In this document: in pieces, positions 9,494 to 19,029 of the stretch
How the letters are laid out: each line of letters starts with the position of its first letter
Numbering within the stretch: position 1 is the stretch's first letter
Source of the DNA: Negativicutes bacterium
GTDB lineage: Bacteria; Bacillota; Negativicutes; UBA1444
DNA: 64,000 nucleotides
Direction of reading: 5' to 3'
NCBI GenBank assembly: GCA_963665275.2
Contig: CAXXIN010000007.1
Location: 160,001 to 224,000 of the forward strand
The notes under the pieces: model-generated
The model's input: the letters and a program-made list of their open reading frames with translations, nothing else
Told to the model about the DNA's origin: nothing
Database searches by the model: none
Position numbers and translations under genes: made by a program

Positions 9494-11000
9494 TTAAATT
9501 TCACTGTCACCCTCGATTCCTTTGTCTTTTGACCCTAAATATATGCTAACCACAATAATGGTAATGGCGATAATCAACAACGTTGCGGAAATCGGTCGCT
9601 GGAAAAATCCCAGAAAATTGCCGTTGAAAATGGTCAAGAGATTTCATCAGCGAGCTTTCCAAAATCTTGCCGAGCACAAAGGTCAGCAGAACCGGTCCCA
9701 GCGGAAATTGCGCTTTTTTCATGAAATAACCCAGAATTCCAAACACCAGCATCATGCCGACATCAAACAAGCTGTTATTAATACTGTAGGCGCCCAGTAT
9801 CATAATAATCATTATATTGGGCAACATAATTTTGAATGGCACCCTGGTGAGTTGAGCCCACATATTGGCCATCGGCAGATTCATAACCAACAGCATTGCA
9901 TTGCCGATGAACATGCTGGCAATAACGCCCCAGACGAATTCCGGATTTCTTTGCATCAACGTCGGTCCGGGCGTCAATCCGTGCATGATAAAAGCCCCCA
10001 GCAATACGGCAATCGAAGGTGAGCTGGGAATCCCGAGCGTAAACAGGGGGATCAGCGCCGCGCCGGCATACGCATTGTTGGCGGTTTCCGGTCCCGCCAC
10101 TCCTTCGATGGCCCCTTTCCCAAATCGGGAAGGATCAGCTGCTATTTTTTTCTCGATGGAGTAGCTGAGAATTGTCGGAATCACTGAATTGGTTCCGGGA
10201 ACCAAGCCTAGCAGTACGCCTATGCCGCTGCCTCGTAGAATCGCTTTTAACGAAGGACCCCACTCTTCACGTCGCGGCATCATATTTTGTATTTTAGGAA
10301 TTTTTGCAGCCTGGGTATTCAAATTTTCTTCCGCAGTCATAAATATCTCAGAGAGGCCGAACAATCCCATCGCCAGAGATACAAACTCGAGTCCGTCTTC
10401 TAAATTTTCCTGGCCAAAAGCAAATCGAATGCTTCCTGTCAGCGGGTCCATTCCCACAAATGCCAGTGTCAAACCAAAGAGAGCGGCAATCAATCCCCGA
10501 AGCAAGGATTTACCCATCAAGCCAATCAACAGAGACAATCCGACCACCACAAGGGCGAAGTATTCCGGCGGACCAAACTTGAGCGCCTGAGATGCCACTA
10601 TGGGCCCCACGAGAATCAAGATAGCGAGAGCGATCATGCCCCCGATGAAGGATCCAATCGCTGCGACTCCGAGTGCGGTTCCCGCCCTTCCCTGTCTGGC
10701 CATTGGATATCCATCCATGCAAGTGATCAGAGAAGCTGATTCACCCGGTACGTTGATCAACACGGAGGTAATCGTCCCACCATACATTGCGCCATAATAA
10801 ATCCCGGACAACATGATGACCGCCGAAACCGGCTGCATGCCAAAAGTCAAGGGTAACAGAAGAGCTGTGCCTGCAGTCGGCCCCAGTCCCGGCAACACGC
10901 CAACAAACATTCCGAAGCTTACCCCCACCAGTGAGTAAAGCAAATTCCATCCGCTGCATGCCGTTTCAAAACCGTGCAACAAGTAGCCAAAACTTTCCAT
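9494..11000 (-). pseudogene. tctA: TTT large permease TctA with a frameshift (one extra base) near the 3' end
   Basis: GVLPGLG, YGGTITSVLINVPG, GPETANNA, LGIPSS. The annotated frame ends in non-TM sequence at 9546. Skipping one base at ~9638 gives LTIFNGNFLGFFQRPISATLLIIAITIIVVSIYLG...* ending at 9494, next to the tctC RBS. Confidence 0.8.
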
Positions 11001-11012
11001 AGCGTTTCTCCT

Positions 11013-11495
11013 TTACCACCCAAATTCATTGACAGGCAATGGCACTGTCAGTACAGAACCGAAAACGAAGAACAATATGCCAGTCACGAGGATGGAAAGA
11101 CACAGGCCTCTCCGCCATGTATATCCCCGGGAAAACAGAATGAACAACATGGCTATGCTGGATATCGTGAATCCCAGATAGGGAACCGTAACGATAAACA
11201 GAGCGTAAGCGCCGACGCAGCTTAACACGTTAATCAAGCCAGTCCCTTTAGGCAAAATATCAGCAAAAGATTTGTTGTTCTTTTTCAACGCCGCGATAAG
11301 ATTTACCGCAGACAAAACCACCATCATGCCGCTGATCCACACTGGCAATAAGCCAGGGCCCGGACCATATTCGCCATAATACTTCATGGATGACGCCAGC
11401 TGAAATATAATGGCACCAAACAGGATAAAGAAACCACTGATGTATACTTCAAGGCTCTTCACTGGCTGCCCCTCCCTCGTACTATTTACCGGCAA
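11013..11495 (-). CDS. tctB: TTT small permease TctB
   Basis: Four or five TM helices, GPGPGLLP motif, C-terminal L-x-VPLP. True start probably ~10 codons downstream. Confidence 0.88.
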   Translation of the reverse strand: MPVNSTREGQPVKSLEVYISGFFILFGAIIFQLASSMKYYGEYGPGPGLLPVWISGMMVVLSAVNLIAALKKNNKSFADILPKGTGLINVLSCVGAYALFIVTVPYLGFTISSIAMLFILFSRGYTWRRGLCLSILVTGILFFVFGSVLTVPLPVNEFGW

Positions 11496-12184
11496 TATCC
11501 ATCAATCAATTCACACCCGCGGGCTTTTAAATCCCGATCAATCCATGCTTTATCTCTTGTTCCCGCTTCAATAGCCCGAAAGATTTCCTGTTCTTTCTGA
11601 AACTTGGCCTGGGCTTTTACCAGAATCTCTGAAGCATCTTGGGGAGTGATCACGACGATACCGTCTGCGTCACCCACGATAATATCGCCGGGGTTTACCA
11701 CCACGCCACCGCAGCAGATCGGCACGTTGATTTCGCCGGGGCCGTCTTTATAAGGACCTTTGGGCGTAACCCCGGCTGCATATACAGGCATGTCCATCTC
11801 GTGCAGGGCCTGTGCATCCCGAACGGCGCCGTCGATGACCACGCCGGCCAGGCCTTTCTTGCGGGCCTCTGTCATCATGATTTCTCCGGTGATCGCATTC
11901 ACCAAATCTCTCTGTGCATCGACCACGATCACATCACCCGGCTGTGCCATGTCAATAGCCTTGTGCAACAGAAGGTTGTCAGCCGTACGTGTCCTAACAG
12001 TGAAGGCCGTTCCCAGCAGCAATGCTTTATTCATGGGCTTGATGCAAGCGTCCATGCAGAAAAACCGGTTCATTTCATCCGCGATATTGGCTACTGGCAA
12101 ACCTTTAAAGCTGGCCACCAGCTCCGGGTTCGGGCGGTTAATTTTAGTATAGACACGAAATCCTACATTTGACATTTCGCTCAT
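11486..12184 (-). CDS. RraA/HMG-CHA aldolase family protein
   Basis: ANIAD, GTAFTV, DNLLLHKAID..PGDVIVVD, GE, DGAVRD, VNPGDIIVGDADGIVV. Confidence 0.9.
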   Translation of the reverse strand: MSEMSNVGFRVYTKINRPNPELVASFKGLPVANIADEMNRFFCMDACIKPMNKALLLGTAFTVRTRTADNLLLHKAIDMAQPGDVIVVDAQRDLVNAITGEIMMTEARKKGLAGVVIDGAVRDAQALHEMDMPVYAAGVTPKGPYKDGPGEINVPICCGGVVVNPGDIIVGDADGIVVITPQDASEILVKAQAKFQKEQEIFRAIEAGTRDKAWIDRDLKARGCELIDGYCR

Positions 12185-12237
12185 CTCTTTTCTGTTTTAT
12201 TTCTTTATTCTGGCGCCTCACGGTTTATGTATCCTGT

Positions 12238-13119
12238 TCACTGAGCGGGTTCTTCCCACGCTTTTACGACCTGCTGCCACTCTTTCGGCGTTTTTCCGCC
12301 GAATTTTTCCTTAATCTTTTTCCCAGCCAGCCAAATTAGCCGCTCATGTGTTGCTTGGGACATAATGGGCTTTACCTGAATGCTCTCCAACATCTCCACG
12401 ACGTTCTCCATCTCGTGCGCACGGCGCTCCGCGTGAACAGCGCTGCCGGTCACCAGCCGGTTCATCGTTTCTTCAAACGGACAGGCATTCATGGTAGCAG
12501 CGATTGATTTCAGGACAAGATGATCCACCTTCATCACGGAGGCTGCTTCCAGTACCTCTACCAATAACGCCGGCAATCCTTTCATGAAGATACTCCGCAC
12601 CAACTTGATCGCAGTCGCCTCCCCCGGAACGTCGCTGACTTTTTCCAAATCCATTCCGTACGGCGCCATCCGTTCGATGAACAGATCACTGCCGTTTCCG
12701 CTGACCAAGGTTGGCACCTTATTTTGATACAAGGTTAGTGAACCCAGCATGGCTCCGTCCGCGAACATTACGCCAGTTTCTTTGATTTCGTCCCAAATTT
12801 GCTGTTTGGTTTCCGGCGAGGAGGCAGACACATCTGCGTAGACCGTTCCACTTTTCAACAGACTTTTCTGTTGCCGGGCAGTTTCCAGTGCTTTCCCGCC
12901 CGGAACAGCCACGATGACGACATCTGCATTGTCCAGCACTGCCGCAGATGTGGTGCACATGGTCACTCCGGAGACGCGGACCCTTTCCGCCACCAGCGAG
13001 CCGTAAACAGGATGGTCCTGGAGTACGTCATATGCCAGTATTTCTGTTAGGCCTGCTGCGCCGAACCCTTTGGCCATTTCAAAGCCGACTTCGCCGAATC
13101 CGATAAACCCAAGTTTCAT
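12238..13119 (-). CDS. NAD(P)-dependent oxidoreductase, 6PGDH/3-hydroxyisobutyrate-DH-like with DUF1932-type C-terminus
   Basis: MKLGFIGFGEVG Rossmann motif; ATAIKLVRSIFMKGL; HAERRAHEM. ATG at 13119 after GGGAGGG. Confidence 0.85.
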   Translation of the reverse strand: MKLGFIGFGEVGFEMAKGFGAAGLTEILAYDVLQDHPVYGSLVAERVRVSGVTMCTTSAAVLDNADVVIVAVPGGKALETARQQKSLLKSGTVYADVSASSPETKQQIWDEIKETGVMFADGAMLGSLTLYQNKVPTLVSGNGSDLFIERMAPYGMDLEKVSDVPGEATAIKLVRSIFMKGLPALLVEVLEAASVMKVDHLVLKSIAATMNACPFEETMNRLVTGSAVHAERRAHEMENVVEMLESIQVKPIMSQATHERLIWLAGKKIKEKFGGKTPKEWQQVVKAWEEPAQ

Positions 13120-13163
13120 CTTTTTCCCTCCCATTTGTAAGGTCATGTTATGAGCCGATTTCA

Positions 13164-14312
13164 CTATAACTCCAGGCTCCGGTAAAGCACTTTGCCACGG
13201 CTTACCGTTAATTGAGGAATCAGCAATTGATTGCAGGCGAGAGATTGGCCCGTAACGTCTGTGAAGGCAACCTGCTTTTCCACCAGCCGAAAAACTGCAA
13301 CATCGGCGCAAGCTCCCGGAATCAGCGTCCCCAGTTTACCTTCCATTCCGATCATCTTCGCAGGAATCGCCGTGCATGCTTTTACGACAGCATCCAGTGG
13401 AATGCCCAATGCCAGATATTTGGACATGATGAGCGGCAACCCGAAAACCGCCTGCTCGTAAACATTACCGCCGGTCAGGTCCGTGCTGATGATATCCGGC
13501 GCAAATCCGTCCGCCAGAGCTGTTTTGGCCACATCCAACGCATAATGACCTCTACCATCCGCCGTGTCAAATAGTACGCCCCGTTTCCTGGCCCGATGTA
13601 CTGCCACATCCACTTTTCCCATATTATTGATTATGGACCTGCCTTTTCCCTGGTACATGTGTGTAAATACATCTCCTGGCCGCAAAAGGTCCGCCAGTTT
13701 TCCCACAGCATCCGGAGGATTTGTCGTATGCACCACTACCGGGCAACCGATCTCCTCCGCCATTCGAATCGTTTCTTTCAATGGCATCAATCCGAAGTCG
13801 CCGACGATTTCAAGGCTCTGTCGAATTTTCAGACCGAGCACCCTGCCAGCATACTTTTGGAACAGCGCACGCGTACGCTCCAGATCATACAGAACCGGAT
13901 CAACAACCTCGGAGCTCGACGGCAATGATTCCAATCCGGCCTTGGCCACATGCAGATGGCAATAAATCCGGGTTTGACTGTGTGCCACAACGGTGTCAAA
14001 AAAAAGATCAACGTTAGAAACGCCAGCGCTCCCCTGATCCACCGCCGTTGTGACTCCCTGTGGCAAAAGAGCCAGATCGGGGGCCGCGCCGATACGGGTT
14101 CCGCCATAAAACAGATGCGTATGATAATCAATCAGACCTGGGAAAACATAACAGCCTGTAGCATCAATCACTTGGGCGGCGTCTATCCGCTCACCCGGCG
14201 GCGTCGCTACAGTTTCGCCGTTTTTGATCAGCACATCCGCCAGGCCGTGAAAGTTCGCCGCAGGATCGATTACCGTGCCCCCTCTGATTAACAAATCGCC
14301 TTGAGTGCCCAC
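13164..14312 (-). CDS. Amidohydrolase/deacetylase-family metallohydrolase (dihydroorotase-like)
   Basis: PGLIDYHTH (HxH), GVTTAVDQGSAG, GLKIR, VVVH, THMY, DIISTDL. Confidence 0.88.
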   Translation of the reverse strand: MGTQGDLLIRGGTVIDPAANFHGLADVLIKNGETVATPPGERIDAAQVIDATGCYVFPGLIDYHTHLFYGGTRIGAAPDLALLPQGVTTAVDQGSAGVSNVDLFFDTVVAHSQTRIYCHLHVAKAGLESLPSSSEVVDPVLYDLERTRALFQKYAGRVLGLKIRQSLEIVGDFGLMPLKETIRMAEEIGCPVVVHTTNPPDAVGKLADLLRPGDVFTHMYQGKGRSIINNMGKVDVAVHRARKRGVLFDTADGRGHYALDVAKTALADGFAPDIISTDLTGGNVYEQAVFGLPLIMSKYLALGIPLDAVVKACTAIPAKMIGMEGKLGTLIPGACADVAVFRLVEKQVAFTDVTGQSLACNQLLIPQLTVSRGKVLYRSLEL

Positions 14313-14360
14313 TTACAAGTCACCTCTTTTTTGAAAAATTTTAATCATATTATAAATTTA

Positions 14361-14376
14361 TGTAATTTTTATTACT
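14361..14376. promoter_or_regulatory. Possible RpiR operator
   Basis: Palindrome GTAAT-TTTT-ATTAC in the AT-rich region upstream of the catabolic operon. Confidence 0.35.
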
Positions 14377-14518
14377 TTTATTATAGTAACACATCTATGC
14401 CTTTGTAAAGAGCTTTATTGAATTATTCAAAAAAATAAGAAAAATATTATTCGCACGCATAAGCTGTGAATAATATAAAAAACCGGAAAATAATTTAGTA
14501 TCCAAAAAATCAAAGTAG

Positions 14519-14935
14519 TCAGTTGACTGCAGTCTGTCGCAGCTTTTCGGATTCTTTCGCCCATGCTGGAAGTGATGAACACAATACCTTGACGGAATCC
14601 GAAGGCGCAAACACGCCCTCATCGCTTTGTAATGTCTGGCAAATCCCCAATATCCATCCTACAGTCGGGGTTTTAGGCATCTCAGCCCACCACGCCAGCT
14701 GGTTTTTCTGTAGTATTTTGGCCCAAGACTCCAATAGGAGATACAGATTAGCAAAACCATGGTCTGCAATCCACTTAATTTCTGTTTTCACTTTTGCGCG
14801 AATAGCTTCAGCATGAGTATCGGATCCAAGGTCACTTAACTTCTGAAATATCTGGCTTTCTAAAAACCCCTGCGACTGGTTCTTATCAATTGGACTGGCC
14901 AAAAATAAAACAGCCACTGTCTCTGCCACCTCCAC
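14519..14935 (-). CDS. Hypothetical protein resembling a fragment of DNA polymerase III alpha (PolC/DnaE)
   Basis: EAIRAKVKTEIKWIADHGFANLYLL...VGWILGI parallels the PolC segment E-x-V-x-x-RLEKEL-x-SI-x-x-NGFA-V-I-YL...VA-x-x-x-GIT (recalled); the RGS motif and DxD are missing. Confidence 0.45.
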   Translation of the reverse strand: MEVAETVAVLFLASPIDKNQSQGFLESQIFQKLSDLGSDTHAEAIRAKVKTEIKWIADHGFANLYLLLESWAKILQKNQLAWWAEMPKTPTVGWILGICQTLQSDEGVFAPSDSVKVLCSSLPAWAKESEKLRQTAVN

Positions 14936-15043
14936 TGCTGACTATTGAGTCGATTTGACTTCAATATAGCAAGGTAGCAAGACACATGACTGTCCTCAAG
15001 TTCACGAATGCTTTCCCTTTGAAGTTTGGAAAGTTTTACAGTT

Positions 15044-15358
15044 CTAGCTGTTACACCGATCACAACTGTTATTAGCATCAAGAATACGAGTAATCGCCTC
15101 ATCGAGGTCGATACTGAAATATCCATGAACCAGAACATTGCGCATGCCGATCATCTTAGACCATGGCAACTCTGGATATTGCAGCTGTAAATCTACTGGA
15201 ACCTTAGCAGCTGCTTCACCAAGCATCCGCAGATTATGCACAACATAATTCTGTATCAGTTCATCGGAAACAAAAGCAAGCCGCCCGCGCTCAGCATATT
15301 TTTCAATCCGCTTGATCGCTTCCAGCATATCGAAGAAGCGTTCATTAACATCTCTCAC
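15044..15358 (-). CDS. HepT/DUF86 HEPN RNase toxin, atypical C-terminus
   Basis: DMLEAI..I, LGEAA, PELPW..MIGMRNVLVHGY (RX4HXY motif). Confidence 0.85.
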   Translation of the reverse strand: MRDVNERFFDMLEAIKRIEKYAERGRLAFVSDELIQNYVVHNLRMLGEAAAKVPVDLQLQYPELPWSKMIGMRNVLVHGYFSIDLDEAITRILDANNSCDRCNS

Positions 15359-15666
15359 AAAGTCACCGTCTCGTTGAGCACACGCGCACGGATACGGTCC
15401 CTCAACCCTCGCTCAGTGACCACATCAACCTTTGTATTCAACAACTTTTCAAGATCGATCAACAGACCACCAAGATCTAGCAAGCTACGTCCCGGCTCCA
15501 TGTCGACCAGGAAGTCGATATCACTGTCCGCATCATCCTGACGGCGAGCAACAGAGCCAAAAACGCGAACCCTACGGTCCCCATACTGTTCGGCCATTTG
15601 CAATATTCTATCCCGATTCGGCATAACCACTTCATCCAGTTTCACAACAATCACCTGCCTGATCAC
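15355..15666 (-). CDS. Minimal nucleotidyltransferase (MntA-type) antitoxin
   Basis: VFGSVARRQDDADSDIDFLV (GSX10DXD), KVDVVT; overlaps the HEPN gene by 4 nt. Confidence 0.9.
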   Translation of the reverse strand: MIRQVIVVKLDEVVMPNRDRILQMAEQYGDRRVRVFGSVARRQDDADSDIDFLVDMEPGRSLLDLGGLLIDLEKLLNTKVDVVTERGLRDRIRARVLNETVTL

Positions 15667-15825
15667 TCACGTTACAAATTTATTGTAGCATACGAACCTC
15701 TCAACTCGGGCATCCGCATTTCACTCCGGACAACAAGGTCACTTCAACAGTTGCAAGGCACCCTCGTTCTGCTTGTTTGCCTGTGCCAATATGTCCAGGC
15801 CAGAATATTCTATAATGAAAATATA

Positions 15826-16560
15826 TCAGAATCTCTGCAACCGCAGCGGCAGTTCAAGCCGACAACCTGCCAACAGTTCCTCATTACGCAGCAGCTCGCA
15901 AGTCGGCCCGTCCGCCACCACTCTGCCATTTTGCAAAACAATAGTCCGTTCGCAGACGTCCATGGCAAAATCCAAATCGTGAGTGGCGATGATCTGGGTG
16001 TGGTTGAAATTTTGCAGCAATCCTATCAACTGGCGGCGGCTCCATGGGTCAAGTCCTGAAGTTGGTTCATCCATCAGCAGGATGTCCGGCGTCATCGATA
16101 ATACGGACGCGATGGAAACCGCCCGCTTTTCACCGGTGGAAAGACGATGGGACGACCTACGGCTCAAATGCGCGGCGGCAACGGTTTCCAGCGCAGTTTT
16201 CACGATTTCCTGCGTCTGTTCTGTGGAGAAGCCCAAGTTCAGGGGACCGAACGCAACATCATCGAATACGGTCGGCATGAACAACTGATCGTCCGGATTC
16301 TGGAATACCATCCCGATTCGCCGCCGGATATCCGCTGCTGCCCGAGGTGTCATCTCCAGCCCACCCACATTGACCGAACCGCTCGTCGGAAAAACGATTC
16401 CCACCAGCAGCGAAAGCAACGTTGATTTCCCGGCCCCATTGCCGCCGATCAGCGCAACCGATTCCCCATGAGTAATCAGAAAAGAAACCCCCTGAAGGGC
16501 CTCTGTGTTATCCGGATAATTGTACCGGACGTCTTGCATGGCAATCGTGTGATGACTCAT
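15826..16560 (-). CDS. cbiO: ECF Ni/Co transporter ATPase (CbiO/NikO)
   Basis: GGNGAGKST, FQNPDDQLF, LSTGEK, DEPT, THDLD. Confidence 0.9.
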   Translation of the reverse strand: MSHHTIAMQDVRYNYPDNTEALQGVSFLITHGESVALIGGNGAGKSTLLSLLVGIVFPTSGSVNVGGLEMTPRAAADIRRRIGMVFQNPDDQLFMPTVFDDVAFGPLNLGFSTEQTQEIVKTALETVAAAHLSRRSSHRLSTGEKRAVSIASVLSMTPDILLMDEPTSGLDPWSRRQLIGLLQNFNHTQIIATHDLDFAMDVCERTIVLQNGRVVADGPTCELLRNEELLAGCRLELPLRLQRF

Positions 16561-17372
16561 CCAAAAACTCCCCTGAATAATGTCTCCAAACGTTCTGGAA
16601 TGTTAATAAATCGGGCGCAGACGATGAAAGCCGTCCAACCCGCCAGATAACAAAAGGAACCGGCGTTCACGCTCGCCGGGCGGAGAAAACGAATTTCGCC
16701 GGTAAACCCCCTACAGAGCATCGAGTCGTATATTTTTCGCGCCCGGCCAAAAGTGCGGATCAGGAGCCCTCCTGCCAGCGAACCCCATACTTTGGGCGCA
16801 ACGCCGCGTCTGTGTCCGCCGGAGCGCAGCAAATAGGCCTGCTCGATCCGGTAGGCTTCCTCCAACAGCAGACTCAGATACCGATAAAGCAGGAGCAGTT
16901 GCAAAACCAAAATACGCGGCACTCCCGCCCGCATCAGGACGGCGCATATATCATGGATCCCCGTAGTCGCCACGAGGGCCAGCACGGCCATAACCGCCAG
17001 CAAGAACCTCAGTATAATGGACGCAAAAGAAACCCAGCCCCCTGCAATCGCCACCCCTCCCAACGTGAGCAAAGGCGCCCGATCCAGGAAAGGATTGGCG
17101 ATCGCCACGAGTAAGATGAACGGTGCGAGAAACAGCATCCGTTCGGCAAAATACCCCAGCGGCAGTCGACCCATAATGATCACCGCAACAGGATAGATCA
17201 CCAAGGGCAGCAGTCCTGCCACCTCATATTTGGCATAGGAAGCGACGATGATCAGATAGACCATCGTTGTAATGATTTTCACCGCCGGATGCAGGCGGTG
17301 AATGGTGGAATCCATCTGGGCCAGATCATCCAGACGGCGAAAATGATCGAGGTGCGCTTGAAGTCGTTGCAT
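16557..17372 (-). CDS. cbiQ: ECF Ni/Co transporter T component (CbiQ/NikQ)
   Basis: IHRLHPAVK, YRYL, two X-R-X motifs (LRSG, CRGF). Confidence 0.9.
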   Translation of the reverse strand: MQRLQAHLDHFRRLDDLAQMDSTIHRLHPAVKIITTMVYLIIVASYAKYEVAGLLPLVIYPVAVIIMGRLPLGYFAERMLFLAPFILLVAIANPFLDRAPLLTLGGVAIAGGWVSFASIILRFLLAVMAVLALVATTGIHDICAVLMRAGVPRILVLQLLLLYRYLSLLLEEAYRIEQAYLLRSGGHRRGVAPKVWGSLAGGLLIRTFGRARKIYDSMLCRGFTGEIRFLRPASVNAGSFCYLAGWTAFIVCARFINIPERLETLFRGVFG

Positions 17373-17397
17373 GCGTACCCTTTCTGTTGTTAAGAGT

Positions 17398-18405
17398 TTA
17401 TTGCGCGTTACGTTTAACCAGGGCGCGACAGCCGACGCCGACCGCTCCCGCCAATAGCAGCGTCAGGGAAGCGCCAATGAGTCCGGCGGCGGAGGTGCTG
17501 GCACTCTTTCCTTCACCTGATCCCAGCGCCGCGACCTGATAATCAGGAAACTTCGCGATTTTTTCCTGCCAGGCTGCCAATGTCGCATGAACTGGACTGG
17601 TATTCTCAACTTCTGCCTGGCCGGAAGTTTTCTGCACGGCCCATTCGAGCCCATCGGGATTGGTTGAAGCGAACCAGGAGAGCATTCCGGCAGTCAACGC
17701 AGCTGCGATCGCCACAGTAAAAATAACCCTGCGCATCGGCGAGGAATTCGCCCCGGCAATCGGTGTACTCATCGGGAAAAGTCCCGGTGCTTCCTTCCAA
17801 ACATAAGACAAAACCGCTGAAGTCACTGCGGCTTCCACCAGACCGATCACCAGATGGATCGGCAGCATAAACAGGGCAAACGTCTGAAACGGCAGTTCCG
17901 AGATGCCGGAAAGCATCGTCTCGGTGACTACCCCAAGGGCGCCCAACTGCAATCCGACCACCGTAGCCACGGTCACAGCGATGTTCCTCCGCAGTTGCGA
18001 GGAATACTCCCCTGTGATCTTCCTGTAAATTAGTGGATAAGCGATAAAACAAGGAAAAAAGGCCAGATTGATAATATTGCAGCCGAGCGCCAGCAAGCCC
18101 CCGTCTGCAAACAGCAGCGCCTGAATCGTCAAAATCGACGCCATGGTCAGGAATCCCGCATAAGGACCGAGCAGCACCGCCAAGAGCATGCCGCCGCCCA
18201 AATGCCCGCTAGATCCTGTACCAGGAATGGCAAAGTTGATCATCTGCGCAGCAAAGACAAAAGCCCCGAGCACTCCCATCAGTGGAGCTTTTTGCGCGTG
18301 GAACTCCGGTCCGATTTTCTTGGCCGAATAATAGGTGAGCGCCGCACCGGCAGTCCACAGAGTGCCGCCGACAGCCGGAGAGATGAGGGCGTCCGCCATA
18401 TGCAT
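17398..18405 (-). CDS. ECF Ni/Co S component, CbiM/NikM fused to a PDGLE (NikN-like) domain
   Basis: N-terminal MHMADAL metal-binding start (ATG 18405), GSSGHLGG, ADGG, ASTNPDGLEW, PDY. Confidence 0.9.
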   Translation of the reverse strand: MHMADALISPAVGGTLWTAGAALTYYSAKKIGPEFHAQKAPLMGVLGAFVFAAQMINFAIPGTGSSGHLGGGMLLAVLLGPYAGFLTMASILTIQALLFADGGLLALGCNIINLAFFPCFIAYPLIYRKITGEYSSQLRRNIAVTVATVVGLQLGALGVVTETMLSGISELPFQTFALFMLPIHLVIGLVEAAVTSAVLSYVWKEAPGLFPMSTPIAGANSSPMRRVIFTVAIAAALTAGMLSWFASTNPDGLEWAVQKTSGQAEVENTSPVHATLAAWQEKIAKFPDYQVAALGSGEGKSASTSAAGLIGASLTLLLAGAVGVGCRALVKRNAQ

Positions 18406-18418
18406 CAAAATCACTCCC

Positions 18419-18480
18419 AAAAATAAAAATAGCCACGACGTCGCATCCCTGATTCATCAGGAAATGTGACCTTCGTAGCC
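18419..18480 (-). promoter_or_regulatory. Terminator-like leader hairpin immediately before nikM/cbiM
   Basis: GGCTACGA-AG-GTCACAT-TTCCTGAT-GA-ATCAGGG-ATGCGAC-G-TCGTGGCT followed by ATTTTTATTTTT, ending at the RBS. Confidence 0.55.
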
Positions 18481-18593
18481 ACAACTATACCGGGAATATT
18501 CAATCGAACCAACCTGTAACCGTTCACAGCAAATCGAGAAACGCCTTCTGGCGAATCGGCCGACAACTTCAGTTGACGGCCCTCTCGACAAAT

Positions 18594-18953
18594 TTAGTCT
18601 TCGTATACACGGGATGGAGCACTGGACCAGAGTTTTTCCAGATTGTAAAACTGGCGTTCCTCATCAACGAAGATATGCGCCACTACAACGCCAAAATCAA
18701 GCAAAACCCAGCGCGCTTCCCGATACCCTTCCTTGTGCAGGCACTGCACCCCTGCAGCCTCCATCTTCTCTTCGACCGCATCGGCGATCGACTGAACATG
18801 GGGCGTCGACGTTCCACTGGCGATGAGAAAAAAGTCCGTAACCGGGAATACCTTCTGCATGTCCATGATGACGATCTGTTGGGCTTTCTTTTCACTTGCG
18901 GCGGCTGCCGCTATTTCCACTATCTCTGATAAACTCTTTTCGACTTCGGTCAT
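18594..18953 (-). CDS. rsfS: Ribosome silencing factor
   Basis: EKKAQQIVIMD, TDFFLIASG, EG...WVLLDFG.VVAHIF..ERQFYNLEKLW. Confidence 0.95.
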   Translation of the reverse strand: MTEVEKSLSEIVEIAAAAASEKKAQQIVIMDMQKVFPVTDFFLIASGTSTPHVQSIADAVEEKMEAAGVQCLHKEGYREARWVLLDFGVVVAHIFVDEERQFYNLEKLWSSAPSRVYED

Positions 18954-19029
18954 CCTCTGCCTCCTCACGGTTCGGGGATAAAATCCCTCAATACTATTAT
19001 ATATGCTTTCCCTGGCCCATGCCAGCGGA

